The position numbers were made by a program, and so were the translations under genes. The notes under the pieces are model-generated. The model was not told the origin of the DNA. It was given only the letters and a program-made list of their open reading frames with translations, and made no database searches. From IMG/VR virus record IMGVR_UViG_3300042539_000280, positions 100,393 to 164,392 of that record: a stretch of 64,000 nucleotides of DNA, one strand, 5' to 3'. The stretch's first letter is position 1. Every line of letters begins with the position of its first letter. Shown here piece after piece: positions 39,251-47,748 of the stretch. This DNA comes from a virus.

Positions 39251-39748
39251 TTATCGCTGGACGTGCATGTGATTAAAGTGTCCGGCTACTCGCCACAACA
39301 CCGTATAACCTTCTGCTCTTAGTTCATTGGCAAGATGATCAAATCTACCTGCATATCCAGAACGTGCTTCAACCACGCCACGACCCACATTGATGTCGAT
39401 GGCACGGCCTGCGTAGTGTGCCCAACCATGATGAACATGATGGACTCCCCCAAATCTTGGGTGTTCCGATACACGGAACCCTCTACGCTGCAAGTCATAG
39501 CCGAGGGCGACTAAGGAGTTTGAAGCATGACCGAAACCCCAGTGATCTTCTTGCTCCTGCTTATACGCCATGGCTTGTCTCTTATTCTTGAAACGTGGCT
39601 GGGGCGAGACACTCCAATCCTCACCACCAAGAATGGTGGAGATAGGATCGGTTTCCTCAGCAACGGATGGCGCTGAATAGCGGCTTCTTGCTTCTACGGT
39701 CCCCGTCAAAGCAAGGACTGTAATGAAAGCAAATAAAACCTTCTTCAT
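39251..39748 (-). CDS. exported peptidase M15/LAS-fold protein
   Basis: signal peptide; HYAGRAID (H-x6-D) and HFNHMHV (HxH). Confidence 0.7.
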   Translation of the reverse strand: MKKVLFAFITVLALTGTVEARSRYSAPSVAEETDPISTILGGEDWSVSPQPRFKNKRQAMAYKQEQEDHWGFGHASNSLVALGYDLQRRGFRVSEHPRFGGVHHVHHGWAHYAGRAIDINVGRGVVEARSGYAGRFDHLANELRAEGYTVLWRVAGHFNHMHVQR

Positions 39749-39749
39749 T

Positions 39750-39929
39750 TTAGTACCTTTCTGTTATGCCTCCACGCACAATACTCCACAGTAAACGAAA
39801 GATTAATGAAATGTGGGATTGATTTAGACCGAAGTCTGACGAGGAGGAGTGGGTGCCGCTGCCATTACATCCGTGGTCAGCGGCGATTAACCACAAGGCA
39901 ATATGACTGCCTTGTGGAATAGTATTTAG
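39750..39929 (-). ncRNA. structured late leader or sRNA with three hairpins and a CUCCUCC tract
   Basis: CTAAATA, then CCACAAGGCA/TGCCTTGTGG, GCCGCTG/CAGCGGC and AGAC-TTCG-GTCT hairpins. Confidence 0.5.
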
Positions 39930-39938
39930 GCGCCGGCG

Positions 39939-40400
39939 TTATAAACTTGGAAATTTATCTGCCGCAATGGATGCCGCCCATGCAGATGGTTTTACCTTAG
40001 GCGTAACACCAGTCATGCCTTTGATATATCCCATCGCTTCATTGATTACACACGATGAACCATGCTTGAAGTCTGGATTGATATCAATATGAACTTCATA
40101 CTTTCTATCACCAATAGACTCGGCCAAGTCCAAATACATCTGTGCTGCCTTCATTACCTCATTCATAAGTCTCATACGAGGCTTATCACGAGACTGATCA
40201 TAGTCCCTTTCAGTAACAATCTCACCGAAAATCTTAGCACCACGGTTACCATCATAATGGACAACAACTACGGTTGCGTAGTCTGCCCACCATATACCGT
40301 GCCGCTTGTGTCTCTCCGAGTCAGCACCAATGTAAATGTGGGTGGACTCGGAGGTATTTTCGATAAAGTCTCTAACTTCATCCAAGTCCAACCTCTTCAT
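39939..40400 (-). CDS. RNase H-like YkuK/DUF458 protein
   Basis: IYIGADS, R...EV, EVHIDIN, AAS.AAD. Confidence 0.8.
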   Translation of the reverse strand: MKRLDLDEVRDFIENTSESTHIYIGADSERHKRHGIWWADYATVVVVHYDGNRGAKIFGEIVTERDYDQSRDKPRMRLMNEVMKAAQMYLDLAESIGDRKYEVHIDINPDFKHGSSCVINEAMGYIKGMTGVTPKVKPSAWAASIAADKFPSL

Positions 40401-40403
40401 CGT

Positions 40404-40751
40404 TTACTCTCTTTCTAAGTACCTGTCTGTGATCCTCTTAGGAGCAAAGAACTGTTTTACTGTTTCAATTACCACGGCATTCTCATATGGTTTACATGAG
40501 AATACATCGAGGTAAAAGTTGCCAGTGTCGTCACAAAAATGTGCTACGATATTTGATGTTTCGATCAACTGAACCAATGTATAACCCAGTTTATCGTCCT
40601 CTCCAAAATGAACGACCTGGGGTTCACCATAGGCCTTCATGTTGATGCGCTTCACTAGCGCCTTAGCAAATGCAGCAATGTTGGTGCTGCTAGTAATTAG
40701 TTCCTTGTCTGCGTCATAGCAGTCAAGGACTAGATGATATCCCCAAGCCAT
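40404..40751 (-). CDS. speD: S-adenosylmethionine decarboxylase proenzyme-like
   Basis: GYHLVLD, GYT.VQLIETSNI..H, DVFSCK. Confidence 0.75.
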   Translation of the reverse strand: MAWGYHLVLDCYDADKELITSSTNIAAFAKALVKRINMKAYGEPQVVHFGEDDKLGYTLVQLIETSNIVAHFCDDTGNFYLDVFSCKPYENAVVIETVKQFFAPKRITDRYLERE

Positions 40752-40765
40752 TTATTCTTCCTCTG

Positions 40766-41134
40766 TTAAATGTCTCTTTGCTTAGTCTGCTTCTTATATG
40801 TTTCCCAGACTTCTTCGATAGCCTTAGGATTATAGGTCACACTAGACATTGTAGCAAGTAAGCAACTTTTCTGTTCATTGGGAACAGCGGCAGTAATAGC
40901 AATAGATTGACCAGCGGTCCAAATCGATTCGACAACACCTTCACTGTTTGTCATATTTAGCAGTATGTCATACCCCTTTTCGGTCATGGTCTTATCAAGG
41001 TCTGCATTAGTAAGGCATATCATGTCCTCTTTCTTATCTTCTTTCTTCTTGAATTCCTCACCTAGAACATATTGTGTAAGTCCGAAAGAAACAGTAAAGA
41101 CGGCCGCAAAGATCATAATATGTCGCATTTTCAT
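40766..41134 (-). CDS. exported hypothetical protein
   Basis: N-terminal hydrophobic segment; two Cys. Confidence 0.55.
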   Translation of the reverse strand: MKMRHIMIFAAVFTVSFGLTQYVLGEEFKKKEDKKEDMICLTNADLDKTMTEKGYDILLNMTNSEGVVESIWTAGQSIAITAAVPNEQKSCLLATMSSVTYNPKAIEEVWETYKKQTKQRDI

Positions 41135-41138
41135 TCTC

Positions 41139-41783
41139 CTAGATTGGTACCCAATGGTTTATCATTTCATTTTCAGGAAAGTGATGTTCAATTCCTTCTG
41201 TGTGTAAGATTTCAAATGCTATGGAAATTCTTGGTTCATCTTGATTCCAAGGCCATGTTCTATGTTCACTGTGAACAAATTTTCCACCCATTTTACTAAA
41301 GACCAGATGGTCATTTATATTATCTATGTCATATGTTTTATCGTCATTATATCTTACAGTTGTATGAGAAGGTTCGCCATATACACAATAATATCCACTC
41401 ATAAACTGCCTATCTTCTGTATTAGAATGAGAATGCCAGTCTATGAATTGTCCTCGGGTATAGAAATTCATCCAAGATTGAATATAATATTTTCCATTAT
41501 ATTCTTTTGGTTTAACCTCATAAAAAGTCTCTCTGATTGACTTGTATAGTTGGTGTAAACCATCGTATGGATAGAAAAAGGTATTATATTTCTTCCATAG
41601 TCTTGCCGAATTTGAAACCGACAACATCATATCTTCACTAAATCGGGCACCACCATAATCCATATTTTTTGGATCGAATCGTTGTAATACACCATTCAAT
41701 CTATAACAATCCGATTTTATTTGGGCGGTATTCAGATTTAGTTTTTTGATCAGAAGATCATCATGTATAATTTCTCTTATCAT
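41139..41783 (-). CDS. 2OG-Fe(II) oxygenase-like (TIGR02466-like) protein
   Basis: SWMN...WHSH...SGYY...HRT...RISIAF. Confidence 0.7.
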   Translation of the reverse strand: MIREIIHDDLLIKKLNLNTAQIKSDCYRLNGVLQRFDPKNMDYGGARFSEDMMLSVSNSARLWKKYNTFFYPYDGLHQLYKSIRETFYEVKPKEYNGKYYIQSWMNFYTRGQFIDWHSHSNTEDRQFMSGYYCVYGEPSHTTVRYNDDKTYDIDNINDHLVFSKMGGKFVHSEHRTWPWNQDEPRISIAFEILHTEGIEHHFPENEMINHWVPI

Positions 41784-42062
41784 TATTCATACTTGGTATG
41801 GACTGAATTGCAGTAACTAACTAATGATACATCGGAGTTACCGCTTTTATGTTTTGTGATTAGTTTTTTGATAGGTGCGGTTACTAGATCCGCAAACCCG
41901 TCTGATATGTGGATGCCTTCCTGTATATCAAAACTTGGTAGATTGAATGTTTTGATATACTCACGTTTAGCATATTCTTCATTATCAGCATCAATGATCA
42001 TGAGGGCCAATGTATGGCCCTCTTTGTTTTGGATATCGGAGGTGATAGTGAAGTAACACATA

Positions 42063-42428
42063 TTACCAACCACCAAAGATATCATCTTCTTCATAGACAC
42101 GGGCGCCCGGACTATTGCGAATGATGATTTGCTTTTTGACGGCAGGTGCCCGATAGGCAGGAACCGCTACAGGTGCATAACCGTATCCAGCACCATAAGC
42201 ACCATAAACAGGTGCACCATAAGCATACGGATAACTATAGGTCTGTGCCATCATAGCACCAGCAAGTAGACCACCAACTGCCATACCAGCAATTGCGGCA
42301 CCACTGCCGTAACCCCAACCACCATATCCCCAACCGCCGTATCCGCCCCAAAACTGGGCCTTAGCAGGCGTGGCAGCGGCAAAAGCAATGCCGATTGCGG
42401 CGACTAATGCAATAATACTCTTCCTCAT
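42063..42428 (-). CDS. exported Gly/Tyr-rich protein (rhizobial BA14K-like architecture)
   Basis: signal peptide, GYGGWG repeats, GAAIAGMAVGGLLAGA. Confidence 0.6.
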   Translation of the reverse strand: MRKSIIALVAAIGIAFAAATPAKAQFWGGYGGWGYGGWGYGSGAAIAGMAVGGLLAGAMMAQTYSYPYAYGAPVYGAYGAGYGYAPVAVPAYRAPAVKKQIIIRNSPGARVYEEDDIFGGW

Positions 42429-42441
42429 TTCAGTGATCCTT

Positions 42442-42711
42442 TTAGAGAACGATAGAACCAGCATAATTCTCAAAGAAGCCTTTAAGGTTTTCTTCGAAAG
42501 ACGGGCTACGACTTATATAGTCACGATACAATTCATAGATTTCATCATAGACACGAGGTGCAACAAACTCGGTGTTATTCTTGTCAACAACTTCCCATTT
42601 GTTACCACCATCACGATACTCGATTTCCTCAATCAATTCGTCCGTGTCATAATCACAAAGGTCGACATCAACATCAACGGCGACTTCTCGATAAACAGTC
42701 TTGCTAACCAT
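42442..42711 (-). CDS. hypothetical protein
   Basis: own promoter and AGGAG RBS. Confidence 0.6.
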   Translation of the reverse strand: MVSKTVYREVAVDVDVDLCDYDTDELIEEIEYRDGGNKWEVVDKNNTEFVAPRVYDEIYELYRDYISRSPSFEENLKGFFENYAGSIVL

Positions 42712-42774
42712 TCCGTTTCTCCTCTCACATTATGAATAAGGATAGCACAGAAGAAACGGAATGTCAAGTCTATT

Positions 42775-43002
42775 TTACTTTTCCTTAGGCTGGGTAGCAA
42801 TGAATCCAGGATAATAGGAGTTTTCCTTATGATGATTAGCAGCAACGTGAGAACCACGGAGACCACCCTTCAATTCAGTGCTAGGGATAGTAGAAGCACC
42901 AGCAGCATAACCATACTTCTCAAATGTATCGGTCTTATATTCAGTTGCAAATGCTGGTGTTGCTAGTGTGAGGATAGTTAGTAGAGAAATAACTTTATTC
43001 AT
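42775..43002 (-). CDS. small exported protein
   Basis: signal peptide ending ATPAFA. Confidence 0.55.
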   Translation of the reverse strand: MNKVISLLTILTLATPAFATEYKTDTFEKYGYAAGASTIPSTELKGGLRGSHVAANHHKENSYYPGFIATQPKEK

Positions 43003-43100
43003 TTCTTTTCCTTTATGTTATGCTTCCCATTAGGCGAAGCAGTTTTATTGTGCAGCGCACAATACAATAATATATAGGCACCTTGTCGATTTGTCAAGAA

Positions 43101-43583
43101 CTAATTTAGTCTCTGAACCGTTATCGATGAGGTTGATCCCATCCCGATAGCACGAGCAGCACCATAAGACAAATCGAGAGAACGGCCACGAACGAAAGGA
43201 CCTCGGTCATTGACGACAACAGTAGTGCATCCATGGTGACATACTCTTAGGTGAGTTCCAAATGGAAGTGAACGATGGGCTGCTGTGTGGGCGTTAGGGT
43301 TGAAAACTGCGCCTGACGCCGTATGTCGGGAGAGACGTTCGCCGTGCCCGTAAAACGAAGCAACCATGCGGCTGCCACCAGAACCGCCCCCAGCATAATC
43401 GCCATCACTATTGTTATCATAACGTGGAGAAACGCTCTTACCATGTCTACCTTTTCCTTTGACTGTCTGTTGTGGTTGAGACTGACCGCCAAAGATACCA
43501 CCGAAAAAATCAGATAACGGATCGGCAGCGGCCGAGGTTGTTAGTGTAGCAAATAACGCCAGGGTTGTCAAGATATTTTTCAT
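43101..43583 (-). CDS. rlpA: RlpA-like lytic transglycosylase (DPBB)
   Basis: signal peptide; ASFYG, TASG, TAAHRSLPFGT, VNDRGPF, DLS..AA..IG. Confidence 0.9.
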   Translation of the reverse strand: MKNILTTLALFATLTTSAAADPLSDFFGGIFGGQSQPQQTVKGKGRHGKSVSPRYDNNSDGDYAGGGSGGSRMVASFYGHGERLSRHTASGAVFNPNAHTAAHRSLPFGTHLRVCHHGCTTVVVNDRGPFVRGRSLDLSYGAARAIGMGSTSSITVQRLN

Positions 43584-43593
43584 AATATACTCC

Positions 43594-44304
43594 TTATTCC
43601 ATAAGATTGTTTTTTATTTCCTTCAAAATAAATTTCTTTTGTCTCGACTCATTGAAAATATTATACCAATAATTCAAACTAACGATTTTAGTCTTATACA
43701 TTTTAGACTTTACGTTTTGTCTTACAATTTTTTTGAGTTTATCGGTAAAGAAAAACCTTTTCAAGGTTATATTTTCATTGGTGTCAAATTTTATATAAGA
43801 CCAATCATCACCTCTTTTCATACTAATAAAATTAGTATCATCATTTAGAAGAAACTGACAATCTGTAGGCCTGAACCATTTTCCTATGTTGAATCTTCCT
43901 GGAATGAATCTAGTATTTTTTACAAAATCATTCTCAGAAAAATGAGCACCTGTTCCACTTGCTTCTATTTCTTCCTCACAAAAGAAGATATAGTTTACAG
44001 AGAAAGATAATAAACCCTGCTCAACTGATTTAGCATGAACATAATGATTTATAAAATCTTGATCATACATATCACTATTGTATGTGCCTGCTTGTCTATT
44101 TATTTTTAGACTATAATCATATGGGAACTTTAGAGCAAAAGTATTAAGCAATTCTTGTCTGACTGCCGGACAAAGTCTAAAATCATTATGTTTTTCGAAA
44201 GCATAATTAGTTTTTACCTCTCTTTTATATAAATTTTCTGGTTCAAAATAATTTATTTCTGAAAAATAATCATCTATATTATATACAGACCAGTAGATAT
44301 TCAT
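43594..44304 (-). CDS. AT-rich hypothetical protein
   Basis: CPA, PG.FNIGKWFRP motif; promoter-less insert after tRNA-Gln. Confidence 0.6.
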   Translation of the reverse strand: MNIYWSVYNIDDYFSEINYFEPENLYKREVKTNYAFEKHNDFRLCPAVRQELLNTFALKFPYDYSLKINRQAGTYNSDMYDQDFINHYVHAKSVEQGLLSFSVNYIFFCEEEIEASGTGAHFSENDFVKNTRFIPGRFNIGKWFRPTDCQFLLNDDTNFISMKRGDDWSYIKFDTNENITLKRFFFTDKLKKIVRQNVKSKMYKTKIVSLNYWYNIFNESRQKKFILKEIKNNLME

Positions 44305-44320
44305 ATAAATTTCCTTCAAT

Positions 44321-44395
44321 TGGTTCAGGATCATGGATTCGAACCACGAATACCGGAGTCAGAGTCCGGGGTTTTACCAGTTAAACTAATCCTGA
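44321..44395 (-). tRNA. tRNA-Gln(CTG)
   Basis: cloverleaf, CCGGA-CT-CTG-AC-TCCGG, CCA. Confidence 0.9.
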
Positions 44396-44398
44396 ATA

Positions 44399-45862
44399 TT
44401 ATAGACTTAGTTTTTTGTGTTTATAATCTTGTAATCGGTCATAGAAAATTGAGTCATCCATATGTGTTTGAAACCCAACTTTTGATTTCAAACAATCTAA
44501 GATTGATAGATTTCTTTGATAAAGAAAATGTAAATTAAATCCAGTCGCTCCATATTCGCCACTATTGTATAGGTGAAAGTTCATATCATTGCATATATCT
44601 TGTGCCGTAAAAATGTCCATGTTATCATTTTCCCACATCATTTTTTTAGCAACTTGTTCGATACCAATTCTTTCTACCTTTGAATTTGTTATATGTCGAT
44701 ATCCCCATTTGCTATAATCTAAACTAAGGGTAGATAACCTGTCCATTGTCGGATCTAGTGGAATTTCCAAAGGATTGATACTATAAAATTCACCTTTCCA
44801 ATTTTCCTCAAGCCAATTGAAAGTTCTATTCAACGTTTCTACTGTTTCGTGTGGGAGACCGGCAATAAGTGATATATGACCACGATAATATCCATCACCA
44901 TGAGTTTTGAAATATTGTTTGGCATCCAGAATACCACTCAATATTTTTTCCATATTACTACTTTTTCCAATAGTCTTAGCACTCGCAGGATTCAGACTTT
45001 CTAATCCATAGAAATGAGCAACCATCCCTAGGCGAACCATAGGTTCCCAATCTTGAGGTCTAATTGCTAATAAGTCACCTCTCAAAAATGCGCTAAAGAA
45101 GGGTCTAAAAGATAATCTATCCGCCGCATCAGCATACTTTACAACCTTTTCAGTATAATCATTGAATGTTTCATCTGCTACAAAATAATTTGAAACACCC
45201 CAATTATCATAGTTGGTTGACATTTCCTCATAAAAATCTTCGGCACTCCGAGTATAATCACCTTTTACTCCCAAAATGGGGTAGTTACAATACAAACATT
45301 TGAAGATGCAACCACGGGAAAATTCCATGGTCAACCATTCTCGTTGGTCGATAAAGTCTCGGTTTTGATAAACGATTTTTACTTCTTTTTGAGGAAAAGC
45401 AGGATAGTCTTTAATTGCATTGATAACTTTTTTATCTTCATAAATAGGATCAAACTTAATACCTTCAATTGGTGTATTGCCTATTAGGCTTTTTGTCAAT
45501 TCGGTTATAGCCTTTTCACCATATCCATGAACATAATAATGAATATAATTCGTTTTCATTCTTGGTGAACTTTGACCACCTAGAATGATCGTTACATCAG
45601 GATAATTTTCTGTAACCCATTGACAGAATAATTCTAAGTTTGGATCCCAATAACTCATAAAAGCACTAAATCCAACAAATACAGTTTTGTTGGATATTCG
45701 TGATCTACATATTTCTTTTAGTTCATCCAATTCAAAGAAGTTGGCCCAGTCAATGACCTCAACATCCCATCCTTCTTGTCTCAGATGGGTGGCAATTCTA
45801 TGTCCGCCTGGTAATCTTTTGTTGAAGTTTTCACAAATACTAAAGATCAAAGCATGGTGCAT
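44399..45862 (-). CDS. B12-binding radical SAM protein
   Basis: N-terminal cobalamin-binding-like domain (IILGG, GYGE); SRGCIFKCLYC; DETFN; GLES; GLPHET. Confidence 0.85.
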   Translation of the reverse strand: MHHALIFSICENFNKRLPGGHRIATHLRQEGWDVEVIDWANFFELDELKEICRSRISNKTVFVGFSAFMSYWDPNLELFCQWVTENYPDVTIILGGQSSPRMKTNYIHYYVHGYGEKAITELTKSLIGNTPIEGIKFDPIYEDKKVINAIKDYPAFPQKEVKIVYQNRDFIDQREWLTMEFSRGCIFKCLYCNYPILGVKGDYTRSAEDFYEEMSTNYDNWGVSNYFVADETFNDYTEKVVKYADAADRLSFRPFFSAFLRGDLLAIRPQDWEPMVRLGMVAHFYGLESLNPASAKTIGKSSNMEKILSGILDAKQYFKTHGDGYYRGHISLIAGLPHETVETLNRTFNWLEENWKGEFYSINPLEIPLDPTMDRLSTLSLDYSKWGYRHITNSKVERIGIEQVAKKMMWENDNMDIFTAQDICNDMNFHLYNSGEYGATGFNLHFLYQRNLSILDCLKSKVGFQTHMDDSIFYDRLQDYKHKKLSL

Positions 45863-45900
45863 AAATATCTCTTACTATGGATTCACTCCATTATATAGAT

Positions 45901-45975
45901 TGGATCGGGGACAAGGACTCGAACCCTGATAGACAGAACCAAAATCTGCCGTTCTACCAATTAAACTATCCCCGA
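45901..45975 (-). tRNA. tRNA-Gln(TTG)
   Basis: cloverleaf, anticodon TTG, CCA. Confidence 0.9.
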
Positions 45976-45982
45976 ACAAAGA

Positions 45983-46066
45983 TGGTGCCGAGAGTAGGGT
46001 TCGAACCTACCGTGCTATAAGCGTCCGATTTACAGTCGGGTGCCCGTCCACTCAGGCGGTCTCGGC
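45983..46066 (-). tRNA. tRNA-Tyr(GTA)
   Basis: anticodon GTA, long variable arm, CCA. Confidence 0.9.
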
Positions 46067-46070
46067 ATAT

Positions 46071-46144
46071 TGGTTGTCCCTGATGGTATCGATCCATCGT
46101 CTATCGCTTATCAAGCGATTGCTCTACCTTTGAGCTAAGGGACA
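46071..46144 (-). tRNA. tRNA-Ile(GAT)
   Basis: ATCGC-TT-GAT-AA-GCGAT; T-loop ATCGATA. Confidence 0.88.
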
Positions 46145-46327
46145 GCAACTTTTAAACCTGTCAGTGGAATCTCATAGGACTCCACCGACACAATCTTTGA
46201 AACTCCTCTACAAGTAGCAATGAAACTTTCTGTATCTTTCCAGTTTCTAAAAGAAGTCTGGTATGTATTGCTACCATCTTTGATAAACACTATAAACTGT
46301 TTACCTTCTTTTGTCAAGTCAATCATT

Positions 46328-46792
46328 TCAAAACTCCTTACGAGACTGGTTACACTCGAAAGTATACCAGCCTTCGGCACGACAGGCATCGATGATACGG
46401 TGACGATCATCAAACATTGCACCAACAGTATAACCAGGGTTAGCAGCAAGCCAATTCTTGATAATCGCAACCTTCAAAAGGTCATCATTACCACGAAAGC
46501 CGAAAGGACGCATATACATATCATCGTGGGACATCCACGGGATATGCTTATTGACCCATTCTAAAGTATCCTCACGAAAACGCTCATCACGGGCAGTAAC
46601 GATAATCACCTTATCACCCGGACGATCATTAGCCAAAGCGTGTAACACATCGATTACAGGCTGATAAGGCTCATCCAAATGCTGCTTTGAAAAGAACGCA
46701 TCCCATTCCTTTTTACCATTATCAAGATGGTGCATACGATGTTCGTTATCAGCAAGAGTGCCGTCAATATCAAAAATCCAAACCTTATTCAT
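46328..46792 (-). CDS. HAD polynucleotide 3'-phosphatase (PseT C-terminal domain only)
   Basis: FDIDGTLA, VTAR, MRP, K, FDDR. Confidence 0.85.
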   Translation of the reverse strand: MNKVWIFDIDGTLADNEHRMHHLDNGKKEWDAFFSKQHLDEPYQPVIDVLHALANDRPGDKVIIVTARDERFREDTLEWVNKHIPWMSHDDMYMRPFGFRGNDDLLKVAIIKNWLAANPGYTVGAMFDDRHRIIDACRAEGWYTFECNQSRKEF

Positions 46793-46850
46793 TCCTTTTC
46801 CTTTCACATTATGTCTAATCCTATCACATTCGAAAAGGAATGTCAAGTAA

Positions 46851-46924
46851 TGGTGCCGGTTAACGGAATCGAACCGCTATCAGAGGACTACGAAACCACT
46901 GTAATGCCATTATACTAAACCGGC
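46851..46924 (-). tRNA. tRNA-Thr(CGT), weak anticodon stem
   Basis: acceptor and T arms canonical; two U-U mismatches in anticodon stem. Confidence 0.7.
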
Positions 46925-46929
46925 GTAAC

Positions 46930-47004
46930 TGGTGCCGCAAGTAGGAATTGAACCTACGACCTTTCCCTTACCATGGGAATGCACTACCTCTGTGCTATTG
47001 CGGC
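46930..47004 (-). tRNA. tRNA-Thr(GGT)
   Basis: TTCCC-AT-GGT-AA-GGGAA. Confidence 0.9.
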
Positions 47005-47007
47005 GAA

Positions 47008-47081
47008 TGGTACTGGGACTAGGTATCGATCCTAGGCTCCGAGTTCCACAAACTCGGGTGCTTCCATTACACTACCCCAGC
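47008..47081 (-). tRNA. tRNA-His(GTG), alphaproteobacterial type
   Basis: anticodon GTG; G1:U72, A73, no encoded G-1. Confidence 0.9.
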
Positions 47082-47085
47082 AAAT

Positions 47086-47163
47086 TGGTAGGCGCACTCG
47101 GATTCGAACCGAGAAAACTTACGGGTTTGAGCCGACTGACTTTACCTATTTGTCCATGCGCCC
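47086..47163 (-). tRNA. tRNA-Leu(CAA), short variable loop
   Basis: anticodon CAA, A73, CCA. Confidence 0.75.
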
Positions 47164-47164
47164 A

Positions 47165-47240
47165 TGGTGCGTCCCCTTAGAATCAAACTAAGTCCTTCGG
47201 TACTTCAAGCCGACGTGCGGATCACCTACACCAGGGACAC
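47165..47240 (-). tRNA. tRNA-Phe(GAA), atypical
   Basis: anticodon GAA with G37; T-loop TTTGATT. Confidence 0.7.
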
Positions 47241-47245
47241 ATAAA

Positions 47246-47320
47246 TGGTGCTTCATAGGAGTATCGATCTCCTCTTTCCCGCTTGAGAGGCGAGTGTCCT
47301 AGCCAATAGACGAATGAAGC
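47246..47320 (-). tRNA. tRNA-Glu(CTC)
   Basis: CTCGC-CT-CTC-AA-GCGGG. Confidence 0.88.
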
Positions 47321-47327
47321 ATAATAA

Positions 47328-47494
47328 GTGAGGATGAGGTGCCCAACCCCTCGCCTGCTGCTCCTCGACAGCGCCCTCTCTCCTGCAAATCCTAAACAGT
47401 CACGAATAGGACCGAGAGGCATGACTTGCGCCGAGCCGATGGCGACTAACCCACCCAGGCATTATTTCGGCTACAGAGGTCACGGCGACCTATT
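47328..47494 (-). ncRNA. unknown GC-rich structured RNA in tRNA array
   Basis: stems GGTC/GACC, AGCCGA/TCGGCT, TCCTA/TAGGA, GCTG/CAGC, GAGG/CCTC; not a cloverleaf. Confidence 0.45.
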
Positions 47495-47496
47495 AA

Positions 47497-47588
47497 GAAG
47501 AAACGCTCCACCTATAGAGGATACTTAATGCTTAGTGTGCGATCACTAAGAATGTTCTCCCGGTTTCGCATCCCGGTACCGTTTCTTC
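47497..47588 (-). ncRNA. unknown multi-stem RNA in tRNA array
   Basis: 9-bp closing stem GAAGAAACG/CGTTTCTTC enclosing CCGG/CCGG, CTTAGTG/CACTAAG and CCT/AGG hairpins. Confidence 0.55.
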
Positions 47589-47592
47589 AATA

Positions 47593-47668
47593 TGGTGGAC
47601 GTGAGAGGACTTGAACCCCCAACCTTCTCCGTGCAAAGGAGTTGCGCTCCCAGTTGCGCCACACGCCC
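47593..47668 (-). tRNA. tRNA-Ala(TGC)
   Basis: anticodon TGC, G3:U70. Confidence 0.9.
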
Positions 47669-47673
47669 ATAAC

Positions 47674-47748
47674 TGGCGACCCGTAGGGGTATCGATCCCC
47701 TCTCCCTAGCGTGACAGGCTAGAGTCCACACCTGCTGACTCACGGGCC
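47674..47748 (-). tRNA. tRNA-Asp(GTC)
   Basis: CTAGC-CT-GTC-AC-GCTAG, G73. Confidence 0.88.
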
